Origin: a virus
Lineage: Duplodnaviria > Caudoviricetes
Direction: 5' to 3' (one strand)
Virus record (IMG/VR): IMGVR_UViG_3300048851_000227
Coordinates: 1-31,807 of that record
Length of the DNA: 31,807 nt
Positions 7,900 through 17,596 of this stretch are shown here, one piece after another. The notes beneath the pieces were generated by a model. The model did no database searches. It was not told the origin of the DNA and saw only the letters and a program-made list of their open reading frames with translations. Numbering within the stretch: position 1 is the first letter of the stretch; the number at the start of each line of letters is the position of its first letter. The position numbers and the translations under genes are program-made.

Positions 7900-8289
7900 A
7901 TGGAGGAGACATTAACAAGGCATGTTCCGGTAGAGGGAGTCAGAGTGAGAGAAAGTAGCCTGGGTTGCCATTATCAACTGTTCGTTAGCCGCAATGAGTT
8001 TTTCAATCAGGAACTTATTGTAAAGATTGAAGATGATAAGGTGAGGTTCCAAAGGCCTACAATGTCATACTGTGGTAAGACAAATAAGCCGAGCAAGCAA
8101 GGTATGGCATACAAACTAACGTGCCTAATCACCAGCTTAATTCCATTAGGAGATTACATGTTCGATAAAGACGAAAGCAATGAGGATGTGAAGGTGATCT
8201 ACTTGGAAGATCTAATCCCGAGGTGCGGATACCTTCAAGTAGAGGCAGTTCTGGAAGGAAACACAATATTAGGTTCTGTGACAAGTTAA
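7900..8289 (+). CDS. Hypothetical protein
   Basis: 129-aa ORF preceded by a TAATTTTG -7-like box (7875-7882). Confidence 0.65.
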   Translation: MEETLTRHVPVEGVRVRESSLGCHYQLFVSRNEFFNQELIVKIEDDKVRFQRPTMSYCGKTNKPSKQGMAYKLTCLITSLIPLGDYMFDKDESNEDVKVIYLEDLIPRCGYLQVEAVLEGNTILGSVTS

Positions 8290-8409
8290 CCTAGATCCAT
8301 TGGTTAGGGCTATTAACGAGTTCGCGTAAATTGAGCGTACCATCACGTGTTTGGAGTCTTGATTACGCTCTACGACAATTTCAAAGCATGTAGTATGAAT
8401 TCCACAAGA

Positions 8410-8510
8410 CCGAAGGGGGGAGGGGGTACCCGAAAAGTTTGAGGAAGGAAATATTGGCAACCCCTTGCAGCCGCAACCATACACTATGTCAAAATTCAGG
8501 TACTGGGGGT
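8410..8510. other. Putative cos/packaging region
   Basis: GGGGGGAGGGGG tract followed by AAAAGTTT and a C-rich segment, between HNH and terS as in 3'-cos HK97-like phages; cut site not determined. Confidence 0.55.
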
Positions 8511-8587
8511 ATTAGTAATAACAACTGGAGATAGTTGGGTTTTTTACAAACTATCTAGGAGCATTAATCAATAAAGAACACTTAAGA

Positions 8588-9085
8588 ATGCCAGCAGGTA
8601 GACCAAAGAAACCAACCGCGCAAAAGAAACTCGAGGGTACGCTACGCGCAGACCGGCAAATTGAAAACGAGATGATGCCGAGCAAGATTGAGTTTGTCCC
8701 GTCAGCTCCAAGGTATCTATCAGCCGCTGCAAAAAAGGAATGGAAACTAGTTTGCAATGAGCTTATCAGCCTAGATATGCTAACCGCCGTCGACCTGGCT
8801 TTACTATCTGCTTACTGTCGGGAAATGGGCGAATATATTATGGCATGTGAGAAGTTAGATGATCCCTCAATTGGGTACGTAATGACGATCAATCGGTCAG
8901 ACGGATCGGTTTATTCACAGGTTACACCCTGGGTAGGCATTAAGAACCAAGCCTTACAGAAAGCTCAAGGTTTGGCTAATCAATTTGGTTTTACTCCGGC
9001 AGCGCGAGCTCGTTTAGAAATGCCAGAAAAGACAGACGACCCATTGGCAAAAGCTTTAATGAGATTAAAAGAAGCGAATGGCTAA
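8588..9085 (+). CDS. terS: Terminase small subunit, P27 family
   Basis: GRPKKPTAQKKLEG, APRYLSAAAKKEW, DLALLSAYC, FGFTPAARARL. Confidence 0.95.
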   Translation: MPAGRPKKPTAQKKLEGTLRADRQIENEMMPSKIEFVPSAPRYLSAAAKKEWKLVCNELISLDMLTAVDLALLSAYCREMGEYIMACEKLDDPSIGYVMTINRSDGSVYSQVTPWVGIKNQALQKAQGLANQFGFTPAARARLEMPEKTDDPLAKALMRLKEANG

Positions 9086-10802
9086 CACCCTCGAATCTGG
9101 ATTTGGATATGCAGGTGACGTACGATCTGGTAGAATACCTGCTGGCGAATTTATACGCCTTGCCATTGAACGGCATTACAAAGACATGGAGCGGGCCGAT
9201 GACGTAAAGCTTCGATTCAATAAGGATCTTGCCGAAATCGCATTGGAGTTTTTTAACCTAATTTCTTTATCGAAAGGAGAAACGGACGGCGGGCCTTTTA
9301 TTTGCTCTCCTTGGCAAGCATTCGCGGTTGTAAGTTTATTTGGCTGGCAATCATGGGATGAGGAAAAAAGGCGCTGGAAGAGGCGATTTAGGGAAGCATA
9401 CATAGAAATTCCAAAGAAGAACGGAAAGACTAGCTGGGGGGCAGCAATTGGCCTATTAATGCAGTTTTTCGATGGTGAGAACGGCCCGGAAGTATATTCG
9501 GCAGCTTTTACCCGAGATCAGGCGCTTCAATGTTTCGACGAGGCTAAGGCCATGGTGGAAAGGTCTGCCGCATTAAGGAATCATGCGAAAGTAAGCCAGT
9601 GGAATATTTTATATAAAAAGAACCGGGGCAAGTTCGCGCCGGTGTCGCACGATAAACGTACCACTGAGGGGAAAAACCCCCATGCCGTTATTCTTGATGA
9701 GTATCACGTTCATGAAAATGACGGCGTAAGGAATAGTTTGCAAACCGGTATGGCAGCCAGGAAGCAGCCGTTATTCTTTATCATCACTACCGCAGGAGAT
9801 AATAAATTAGGGCCATGCTATAAGTACCGGGAAATCTGCATAAACGTCCTAAAAGGGAAGTCCAAGTTAGATCAGTCGTTTATCCTAATATATGGGATTG
9901 ACAAAGATGATGACTGGAATGATGAGACTACCTGGCGAAAAGCTAATCCTAACCTAGGCATCTCGGTTGAAATGGATTACCTGCGTGGAGCTTACCAAGC
10001 AGCAAAGCTTTCCGGAACGAAGGAGGTTGATTTTAAAACCAAACACTTAAACCAATGGGTTGATGCGGCTGTCACGTGGATTCCATCCGAGATTTGGGAT
10101 GCCTTATCCAAGCCAACATACAAAATTCCGGAGGGATCCGCTTTCTACGGCGGTCTCGACCTGGGATGGTCTAGAGATATAGCATCTTATGCCATGTACT
10201 TTCCTGAACAAAAGCATCTTAGAGTATTGCATTACTGTTCAGAAGAGGCAGCCGAATACGCCGTGAAAAGCGGAATCGAGTACAAAGATTGGATAAACGA
10301 GGGCTTTCTTATTGCCACGGAAGGCAAAACCACCAACTACAAGTTCATTCTAAAAGATATATTAGATTCCGCCACAGAATATAATCTCCATATTCTGGGA
10401 TATGATCAGTATTCAGCGCAAATGCTCAAACAGGAGTTAATAGACGAGCTTGGTACGACATACGCTGTAAAAGTAAAAGAGGATGGAACGCCCGATTACC
10501 GTCATCATAATAAAGTTCAAGCTTTCCGTCAAGGATTCCTTTCTATGGGTCCTGCTGTAAGCCTATTCGAGGAAATGATAATTAATGGTGAGATCACGCA
10601 CGATGGAAACCCAATCACTGCCTGGATGCTTGGAAACGTGGCAGTTGAATCAGATGCAGCTGGAAACAGGAAGCTTTCGAAAAAGAAGAGTAAGGAAAAA
10701 ATTGATGGTATTGTCGCAGCGATTATGGCAGTGGGGGAGTATTCCCTCTGGCATTTGGCGATCGATGGTCGAGTTAACGAGGAAACTTTTGATGTCTATT
10801 GA
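9078..10802 (+). CDS. terL: Terminase large subunit
   Basis: Walker A PKKNGKT, Walker B VILDEYH, ITTAG, WRKANPNLG, GLDL, KIDGIVA. Confidence 0.97.
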   Translation: MANTLESGFGYAGDVRSGRIPAGEFIRLAIERHYKDMERADDVKLRFNKDLAEIALEFFNLISLSKGETDGGPFICSPWQAFAVVSLFGWQSWDEEKRRWKRRFREAYIEIPKKNGKTSWGAAIGLLMQFFDGENGPEVYSAAFTRDQALQCFDEAKAMVERSAALRNHAKVSQWNILYKKNRGKFAPVSHDKRTTEGKNPHAVILDEYHVHENDGVRNSLQTGMAARKQPLFFIITTAGDNKLGPCYKYREICINVLKGKSKLDQSFILIYGIDKDDDWNDETTWRKANPNLGISVEMDYLRGAYQAAKLSGTKEVDFKTKHLNQWVDAAVTWIPSEIWDALSKPTYKIPEGSAFYGGLDLGWSRDIASYAMYFPEQKHLRVLHYCSEEAAEYAVKSGIEYKDWINEGFLIATEGKTTNYKFILKDILDSATEYNLHILGYDQYSAQMLKQELIDELGTTYAVKVKEDGTPDYRHHNKVQAFRQGFLSMGPAVSLFEEMIINGEITHDGNPITAWMLGNVAVESDAAGNRKLSKKKSKEKIDGIVAAIMAVGEYSLWHLAIDGRVNEETFDVY

Positions 10803-10999
10803 GAATGACCCTAGAAAAAACAGATCTTCAGATCACCAAAGAAGCTTATTTCAAGCTGTTCACAACGCTAAGAGCGGAAGGGTTAGGAATAAAACGAAGC
10901 TATGAACAGATTGAGGATTTGTGCAACCAAACTGGTTATCACAGCTATTACACGTCCTTTGAGTCGTTCAAAACAGCTTATTACACCCGCGAAAAATAA
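10799..10999 (+). CDS. Small hypothetical protein between terL and portal
   Basis: 66 aa, overlaps the terL stop (alternative ATG 10805). Confidence 0.7.
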   Translation: MRMTLEKTDLQITKEAYFKLFTTLRAEGLGIKRSYEQIEDLCNQTGYHSYYTSFESFKTAYYTREK

Positions 11000-11073
11000 T
11001 TTTTCGCAAGGTTATTGGTAGTTACCATGATAGCGTCCAAAGCTTCTTAAATTTCGCATGAAAATCACCCATA

Positions 11074-12405
11074 TTGGCAAATAGGTTCACAGACTTCTTT
11101 AAAAGGCGAGGTAAAGACTTGCCTGAATTGGCTGTTTCGAATTCAAGTGCGGATCAACGGTCTACATTAGTTTCGGTTGCCGACGGTGAGCTATTTTTAA
11201 AAAAATTAGGGCTTGATAGCCTGCGGGTACAGGTTAATGCTGAGAACGCTATGGGAATTGCGACGTTTTACAGCTGCGTCAAATTCATCAGCAACCAGTG
11301 TGCAGCGTTGCCGTATAATGTATACCGTTCTGGAGACGATGGTGCCCCTAGGCGTGAAAGATCCCATCCCCTGGATTTCATTTTGGAAACCAGGTTTAAT
11401 AAAAATATGGGAGCTTTTGTCGCAAGAAGGACAATGTATTTAAACTTGCTTGTGCATGGTTGGGCAGTTGCTCAAATTAAACGCGATAGGTACAACCAGC
11501 CTTACGAAATCATACCATTTCCTTGCAGTAAAGTCTTTATTCTGCATGAAGAGACGACTGACAGTTATTTTTTTGATGTTCCACACATTAATAAGCGGTT
11601 CTCACAGGATGACGTAATTTTCCTAAAGGATTTGAATTTTGACGGCGCTATTGGGTATTCGGTTCTTAACTGGCAGAAACAAACCATCAAAATAGACCTA
11701 TTGACGAAAAAATTTACCGAGAAGTACTATGAAAATGGTACGTACATGGGCGGAATAATAATCCATCCACAACTTGGGGGTTTAAAAGACGAAGACGCTG
11801 CAAAGACAATAAAAGAAAGGGTATTACGAGCATTTGAAGGCGAAAACGGAGGGGCAGGGATTGCAATTCTACCAAAGGATTCGAATTATATCCCAATTGG
11901 ACTGCCACCGGATCAATCCAAGTTAGTTGAGATATTCAATATGTCTCGCAAAGACATTGCAATGCTTTTTGGAATTCCGCTTTCGATATTGGGTGACACA
12001 GAGGTGCAATCCTCATGGGGTGCAGGGGTGGAACAGATGAATATTAACCTTGTCAATTATGTCTTCGTGCCGATCGCGACACAGACAGAGCAGGAGTTTG
12101 ATTATAAATGCCTTAGGAGGGATGAAATCCTTCATGGATGTTACACAAAGCACAATTTCAGGGGCCTACTACGGGGTGACTTGAAAGCTCAGGCGGAGTA
12201 CGCAGCTAAGATGGTGTCGAACGGAATCCATACTCCTGATGAGCAACGGTATTACGATGACAAAGCGCCACTACCTGGCGGAGTAGGTGCAAAAGCATAC
12301 ATGAACGGTAGCATGAACTCGCTGGACATTATAGAAGAAGTTAAAACAGGGAATAAGACCAAAAATGGCACTAGAAAAACGGGTACTTCCTCAGACTCTC
12401 AGTGA
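11074..12405 (+). CDS. Portal protein, HK97 family
   Basis: FYSCVKFISNQCAALP, HPL, LLVHGWA, IAMLFGIP, LLRGD, TPDEQR. Confidence 0.95.
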   Translation: MANRFTDFFKRRGKDLPELAVSNSSADQRSTLVSVADGELFLKKLGLDSLRVQVNAENAMGIATFYSCVKFISNQCAALPYNVYRSGDDGAPRRERSHPLDFILETRFNKNMGAFVARRTMYLNLLVHGWAVAQIKRDRYNQPYEIIPFPCSKVFILHEETTDSYFFDVPHINKRFSQDDVIFLKDLNFDGAIGYSVLNWQKQTIKIDLLTKKFTEKYYENGTYMGGIIIHPQLGGLKDEDAAKTIKERVLRAFEGENGGAGIAILPKDSNYIPIGLPPDQSKLVEIFNMSRKDIAMLFGIPLSILGDTEVQSSWGAGVEQMNINLVNYVFVPIATQTEQEFDYKCLRRDEILHGCYTKHNFRGLLRGDLKAQAEYAAKMVSNGIHTPDEQRYYDDKAPLPGGVGAKAYMNGSMNSLDIIEEVKTGNKTKNGTRKTGTSSDSQ

Positions 12406-12969
12406 GATAAGGGCGGTTGAAGTTGAAGGAGGTACTTATCAGATACCAGGGAGAGGAATTGTCTTTAATCAGCGGTCTCAAAAACTTGGTTTCTTCGTAG
12501 AGATCATCGATCCTAGGGCGTTGGATGGTGCTGATATGGATGATATCGTAGCCACTTTTAACCATGATATGAACTATGTTTTGGGGCGGAGTACGAACAA
12601 CACCTTGTCATTTACAATCAGCGGAGATTCTCTTGATTATGTAATTAACCTCCAGATAATCAAATAATCCGCGATATCGTACTAGCGCCGATCATTCGAA
12701 GGGATGTAACAGGAAGCTCGTTCATGTTTGGCGTGGCTAAGCGTGGCGATGAATGGGAGGAAAAACCGGACGGCTTAATCATTCGCTATGTCCGCAAGAT
12801 TGAGAAAGTTTACGAATTCGGGCCGGTCACTATGCCAGCCTATACCCAAACAACTACGGACGCTGTTGCTAAACGCTCTTTTGATTCATTCATCGAGCAA
12901 AAACAGAAAGAAGAGTCTGAGCACCGTAGCCAATGGGCGCAACTACGACTACAAATGCTAGGAAAATAA
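12365..12969 (+). pseudogene. HK97-family prohead protease split by a 1-nt frameshift near 12649-12653
   Basis: N part GFFVEIIDPRA..FNHDMNYVLGRS; the -1 frame continues PDNQIIRDIVLAPIIRRDVTGSSFMF..YEFGPVTMPAY. Confidence 0.9.
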
Positions 12970-12993
12970 AATACAGTTCATCAACAGATAAAA

Positions 12994-14301
12994 ATGAAGA
13001 AAAGGACACTTAAGGAACTACTCGACGAGCGCGGGTTGAAGTATGCTGATGCGGAAAAACTGGCCAAAGAAGCCGATACTCGCGCATTAACGGTAGAGGA
13101 GAGATCCGCATTTAATGGCTTGAATAGTGAAATTGCTGAACTTGATTCCTTGATCACCATCGAAAGGTCTCTTGAGGCGTTTAACGCAGGCCGTGCCGCT
13201 TCTGTTGGTTCTGGATCTGAGGGAAATCGCGACACATCTAAGGCGGATCAGCGCGATTTAGGAAAGTACAACCTTAACCGCGCATTGCTCGCAAAGCTTG
13301 ACGGTCGGGCACTTGACGGTATTGAGGCGGAGGTTCAGGAAATGGGCGAAAAACGCGCCAAAGAAGACGGTATTAAGCTGTCTGGCAATGGAATTGTTGT
13401 TTTGGAAGAAGTTCTTCAAAGTCGCGGACAAACCGTTACTCTCCAAATTACTAACCCTGGCGATCAGGGCGGCGTTCTGGTTGAGAAGAAATTGCAGGGT
13501 GTTCTGGAGGTGCTTCAAGCGAACACATTCTTAGAAGAAGTAGGCGCTCGGATAATGACAGGGCTAACCGGAGATTTGGTGTTTCCTGTTCAAGAAACGA
13601 TGCCGGTTATCCAGGAACTTACGGAGATCGAAGCGGGTACTGACTCCGAAATCTTGTTCAGCTCTTTCGAGATGAAGCCTTTGAGAAGATTTACCAACGT
13701 GCCGATCTCTCGCCAATTGCTTATTCAATCATCTATTGATATTCAGCAAGTGGTTATTAATACAATCGGAGAATCTCTAGCTCAAAAAATGAACGCTGAG
13801 GCGATTTCTAACTTGCTCACGATCATTACCCAGGCAAATGGTAATTTGTTAGCTCTTGGTACAAACGGGGCGGCTCCGACTTACAATGATATCGTTGCTC
13901 TTGAAGCGCTTGTAGATGGTTACAACCACAAACGGGGCACACCAAAATACTTGACTAATACCAAAGTGAAGGCGAAGCTGAAAACTACTCAGAAATTCAC
14001 CGGAACCAATGGAGACCCTGTTTACAATGATGATAACGAGCTTAACGGCTATCCTGCTGTAATCTCGAATATCGTGCCTTCGAACCTTACCAAAGGAACG
14101 GCGACAAACGTAGCATCCGCGATCATCTTTGGTAATTTCTCGGACTTCATGGTAGGTATGTGGGGTGGAACTGAGTATATCATTGACCCGTACACTCAGA
14201 AGAAAAAGGCTCAGATTGAAGTAACTGCGAATGCATTTTGGAATATGAAAGCTACTCGTGTGAAGTCATTCTCAGGTATTAAAGACGCTCTTACAGCGTA
14301 G
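12994..14301 (+). CDS. Major capsid protein, HK97 fold with delta domain
   Basis: N-terminal coiled coil, GGVLV, ISRQLLIQS, LNGYPAVISN, IFGNFSD, IIDPYT. Confidence 0.96.
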   Translation: MKKRTLKELLDERGLKYADAEKLAKEADTRALTVEERSAFNGLNSEIAELDSLITIERSLEAFNAGRAASVGSGSEGNRDTSKADQRDLGKYNLNRALLAKLDGRALDGIEAEVQEMGEKRAKEDGIKLSGNGIVVLEEVLQSRGQTVTLQITNPGDQGGVLVEKKLQGVLEVLQANTFLEEVGARIMTGLTGDLVFPVQETMPVIQELTEIEAGTDSEILFSSFEMKPLRRFTNVPISRQLLIQSSIDIQQVVINTIGESLAQKMNAEAISNLLTIITQANGNLLALGTNGAAPTYNDIVALEALVDGYNHKRGTPKYLTNTKVKAKLKTTQKFTGTNGDPVYNDDNELNGYPAVISNIVPSNLTKGTATNVASAIIFGNFSDFMVGMWGGTEYIIDPYTQKKKAQIEVTANAFWNMKATRVKSFSGIKDALTA

Positions 14302-14359
14302 TAGCACTAGGTAGATAATTAAATAGGGGGCCTAATCAGTCCCCAAATAAATTAAAAAG

Positions 14360-14521
14360 ATGGCAGAAAAAGCAAAAGAATCCGAAAAGGAGCTTAAAAC
14401 GAAGCAGGTGCAAATTACCAAATTTCATCCGCTAATTGCTCACGAAGTAGATGAGCGACCAATTCTCGAAGAATCAAAGGCTCTCGAGCTGATTGAAAAG
14501 GGGTACGCCAAAGCGGTTTAG
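14360..14521 (+). CDS. Small post-capsid protein (53 aa, not in ORF track)
   Basis: MAEKAKESEK..KALELIEKGYAKAV; A-rich start context; fills the gap between capsid and adaptor genes. Confidence 0.8.
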   Translation: MAEKAKESEKELKTKQVQITKFHPLIAHEVDERPILEESKALELIEKGYAKAV

Positions 14522-14526
14522 TTAAA

Positions 14527-15084
14527 ATGCTGCGAACGTATCCTAGAAAGTTAGTCCCCGAAACACTTGACGAGCCTATCAGTTTAGAGGAGGCTAGGTC
14601 TTGGTTACGCATGGACATTCCTGACTTTCAGGATGATGACTCCGATATTGAGGCAGCTGTAAATGCAGCAGTAGACTATATAGAAAGAGAGTGCAACCTC
14701 TCACTCACTGTCTCAGATTATGAATGGTTTACCGATTGTCTACCATGCGAAATCCGCGACACTTTTTACATCAGGAGCATTACAAGTATCGAGGCGAATA
14801 CTGATGGAGTAATCACGGCGGTTGATCCGGTTAATTATGAATTAATTCCGGCGAGCAATAGGAGAGCTTACATTAAGTGGAAAAAGGATTTTTATAGTCA
14901 TTCGGATCACTTTGTTGTAAAGTTCAAAGCAGGTTTCGAACTAGGGGAATACCCGGAGCGGCTATTAATGGCAGTAAGGGCGCTTACAAGCGAGTTCTAC
15001 CATGAACGAGGCGACGGAATAAAGGAGAAAAAGACCATGGTCGATAGGTTACTAGCACCTTTTATTATCCCTTATGCCGGCTAA
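14527..15084 (+). CDS. Head-tail adaptor (gp6-like)
   Basis: EPISLEEARSWLR..AAVDYIE..FKAGF..YHER..LLAPF. Confidence 0.9.
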   Translation: MLRTYPRKLVPETLDEPISLEEARSWLRMDIPDFQDDDSDIEAAVNAAVDYIERECNLSLTVSDYEWFTDCLPCEIRDTFYIRSITSIEANTDGVITAVDPVNYELIPASNRRAYIKWKKDFYSHSDHFVVKFKAGFELGEYPERLLMAVRALTSEFYHERGDGIKEKKTMVDRLLAPFIIPYAG

Positions 15085-15433
15085 GAAAGCAAAAATCGGG
15101 ATGTATAACCGCCGTCTGCAGCTAATCAGACCAATAACGGTAGCAAACGATTTCAACGAAAAGTTTACGAAGGATGTAATTGAGTTTGAAAGCTTTCCAG
15201 CTCGAAGGATAGACGGAGATAAGACAGAAGATGAATCTTCAACGGGGAATAAAAGCGCTTCAGTTCTTTCTGTTGATTGGGATTTGAGATATATACCCTT
15301 GCACAAACTTGCCATAGACACTACCTGGAAGCTCAGGGATTTGCACGACAAACGAGTTTATAAAGTTGTCGCGCCCGCTACGGAAATCGGATGGAGAGAA
15401 GGAATTCTTGTGAAAACTGAATTTGTGGAATGA
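15074..15433 (+). CDS. Head closure protein
   Basis: IGMYNRRLQL..EIGWREGI; synteny. Confidence 0.8.
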   Translation: MPAKKAKIGMYNRRLQLIRPITVANDFNEKFTKDVIEFESFPARRIDGDKTEDESSTGNKSASVLSVDWDLRYIPLHKLAIDTTWKLRDLHDKRVYKVVAPATEIGWREGILVKTEFVE

Positions 15434-15921
15434 TCAAAATCGATGCTTCCGAACTAATGAAGCTTTCAAAAGGCTTGGAGCAATACAAATCCATACTTCC
15501 TAAATCTGCATCAATTGAAGCATTAAGGAAATCGGCTAGACCAATGTTTCGATCTGCTCAACGTTTAGTGCCGACCGGTAGGAGAATTGCAGCAAGCGGC
15601 TGGGGAGAGAAAAAAGGCTCCGACTATGCAAGAGGTAGGGCGACAGCTCGGGATTTGAGGATTAAACTAGTACCTGCGAAAGGTGATGAATCAGCTAGGT
15701 TGTTGATAGGTGTTTCGAAAGCAAAAGGGCGCGTTGGCTGGCGGACTCACTTTATAACCAGGGGATTTACTGACCGAGGCGGCCGCTTCCATCGAGCTAA
15801 CGACTTTTTGCAAAACGCTTACGATTACACCATTGACATAGTTAAGGAAAATTTCAACGGAGAGCTATTAATGTCTTTCCGAAAATGGGCTAAACGAAAC
15901 TTACCGCAAGGGCGGATTTAA
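15430..15921 (+). CDS. HK97 gp10-like tail completion/neck protein
   Basis: ALRKSARPM..AQRLVP..HFITRG..FLQNAY. Confidence 0.8.
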   Translation: MIKIDASELMKLSKGLEQYKSILPKSASIEALRKSARPMFRSAQRLVPTGRRIAASGWGEKKGSDYARGRATARDLRIKLVPAKGDESARLLIGVSKAKGRVGWRTHFITRGFTDRGGRFHRANDFLQNAYDYTIDIVKENFNGELLMSFRKWAKRNLPQGRI

Positions 15922-16307
15922 TGATAACTAAAGCATTCATTCAAAAGCTTTTAGCGACTACTTCCGTAACCAACTTAGTAGGTGATAGGATCGAGCCGAA
16001 TATCATTAAACCGAAAACAGATCTACCCGCGCTGTATGTCTTCACTGATAGAATGACTAACCAGGGATGCTACGATCCTATGGGAGCAAGAACCGGCATA
16101 GTAGAAATCGGGCTTTATGCAAAATCATACACCCAGGCCTACGAAGTCATGAAAGCAGTCAGGATTGCGCTAGACGATTTTACCGGAGTGGTTAATAGCG
16201 TCGGTATCATGATCATGCGCGGCGAAGAGGTTGCCGATAGGTATGATGAGGACTCCGATACACACATCAAAGTAATTGAATACGAAGCTATTGCCGAACC
16301 AAAATAA
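15921..16307 (+). CDS. Tail terminator protein
   Basis: LVGDRIEP..YAKSYTQA..VRIALD; synteny. Confidence 0.8.
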   Translation: MITKAFIQKLLATTSVTNLVGDRIEPNIIKPKTDLPALYVFTDRMTNQGCYDPMGARTGIVEIGLYAKSYTQAYEVMKAVRIALDDFTGVVNSVGIMIMRGEEVADRYDEDSDTHIKVIEYEAIAEPK

Positions 16308-16337
16308 GAATTCATCAACAATTAAAAAATAAATAAT

Positions 16338-16787
16338 ATGTCAGTTAGAGCTGTCGAGACCGTAAAAGGTATTGAGACCACCCTAGCAGTTGATAAGGCG
16401 GATAATGAAACGTTTATCGTTATCAAATGCGCTACTGATATCAACTACTCGGGAGACAAAGAAATGCTTACCGCCAATTGCTACGGCGGCAAAGAAATGA
16501 TGCCTTCCGGCGACGATCCCTCATTTACTATCACAATCAACGGTATTGTAAAAGAGTACGATGAGGCAAACGAAGCTACCAACGTATCCGGAAATGATCT
16601 GGAGGATTGGTGGTTGAGTGGAGCATTGAAGAAATTTAAATATGGTCGGCCACACGTAGGAGACCGTATTCGCTCTTTTAGCGGATTCGTAAGCGCTTTC
16701 GGAGAATCAGGTACATCAAACGGGTTGCAAACCTACTCTGCTACGGTTACTCCTCTTAAAAAGCCAGTAATTACTGTTCAAGTTTAA
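16338..16787 (+). CDS. Major tail (tube) protein
   Basis: Synteny; beta-rich, FSGFVSAFGESG..TYSATV; followed by a terminator. Confidence 0.8.
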   Translation: MSVRAVETVKGIETTLAVDKADNETFIVIKCATDINYSGDKEMLTANCYGGKEMMPSGDDPSFTITINGIVKEYDEANEATNVSGNDLEDWWLSGALKKFKYGRPHVGDRIRSFSGFVSAFGESGTSNGLQTYSATVTPLKKPVITVQV

Positions 16788-16803
16788 TTCATCAACATCT
16801 AAG

Positions 16804-16838
16804 AAATAGCGCTCTATGATTTACAGAGCGCTATTTTT
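16804..16838 (+). terminator. Intrinsic terminator after tail tube gene
   Basis: AAATAGCGCTCT-N9-AGAGCGCTATTT-TT. Confidence 0.85.
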
Positions 16839-16853
16839 AATAATCTAAATCGT

Positions 16854-17240
16854 ATGTCAAAAAATCAAAAGCCAGCCGCTCCGGTCTCAACGGAGACAAA
16901 GTTTAACGTGAATCTCGGCGGAGATATTTACACTTTGAATTTTGGTACCACTACCTTTCTTCGGATAAAGGAATTCCGTCCAAGCCTTTCCAATGCATTT
17001 AACGTCCCTGTCGAAGTTGACGCAGCTGAAATCGTCGCGTTTCTTATTTACTGCGCTATCAAGCCAGAAGATAGAAAATGGACTAGTTACGAGGAGTTTT
17101 TGGAAGTATATGATAATTCCGAAGACCTGGATTCTAGTAAGGTGTTGACCGGGTATCAAGCAGGAGTAAAAGGTTACCTAAAAAAGGTAGAACCCGCACT
17201 ACTCGCTCTGCAAAATCTAGCGGGAGATCAAGGAAAGTAA
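16854..17240 (+). CDS. Tail assembly chaperone (G-like)
   Basis: Between tail tube and tape measure; YTLNFG; slippery heptamer near the 3' end. Confidence 0.85.
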   Translation: MSKNQKPAAPVSTETKFNVNLGGDIYTLNFGTTTFLRIKEFRPSLSNAFNVPVEVDAAEIVAFLIYCAIKPEDRKWTSYEEFLEVYDNSEDLDSSKVLTGYQAGVKGYLKKVEPALLALQNLAGDQGK

Positions 17241-17596
17241 AATTTGATCCTGACGATTGGTTCAGAGATGCCGGAATGATGGGTTTGCCTCCTTCCGAAT
17301 TGGAGCACATCACGCCGTATCAATTTAACCTTATGCGGGAAGGTTACGCGAAAGATCAAAAATCGCAATGGGAAAGAGCTAGACACATTTCCTATTGGGG
17401 CTATGTAATGGCCGGAAAGATGGTAGATGATCCTGCCACAATCGAAGAGTTTCTTCCGCTATCAAAAGAAGATTTGAAGGCTCCCAAACTCGCGGATCTG
17501 AAGATCAGAAAACAAACTCCCGAAGAGGAGGAGCGTGTATTCAAATATTTTAATCCTGACAAAGAATGGCCGCTGAGGTTGGAGCAGCAAACATAA
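17180..17596 (+). CDS. Tail assembly chaperone T part, reached by -1 frameshift
   Basis: A_AAA_AAG at 17180-17186; the -1 frame is open from 17141 into ORF 17276-17596 (GLPPSELEHITPYQF). Confidence 0.8.
   Translation, partial: KKGRTRTTRSAKSSGRSRKVKFDPDDWFRDAGMMGLPPSELEHITPYQFNLMREGYAKDQKSQWERARHISYWGYVMAGKMVDDPATIEEFLPLSKEDLKAPKLADLKIRKQTPEEEERVFKYFNPDKEWPLRLEQQT

Noticed and set aside
12641-12667. Programmed frameshift in the protease
   Set aside because: No X_XXY_YYZ heptamer or evident stimulator; indel is more likely
14325-14344. Terminator after the capsid gene
   Set aside because: Short imperfect GGGG/CCCC stem with no U tract; too weak to list
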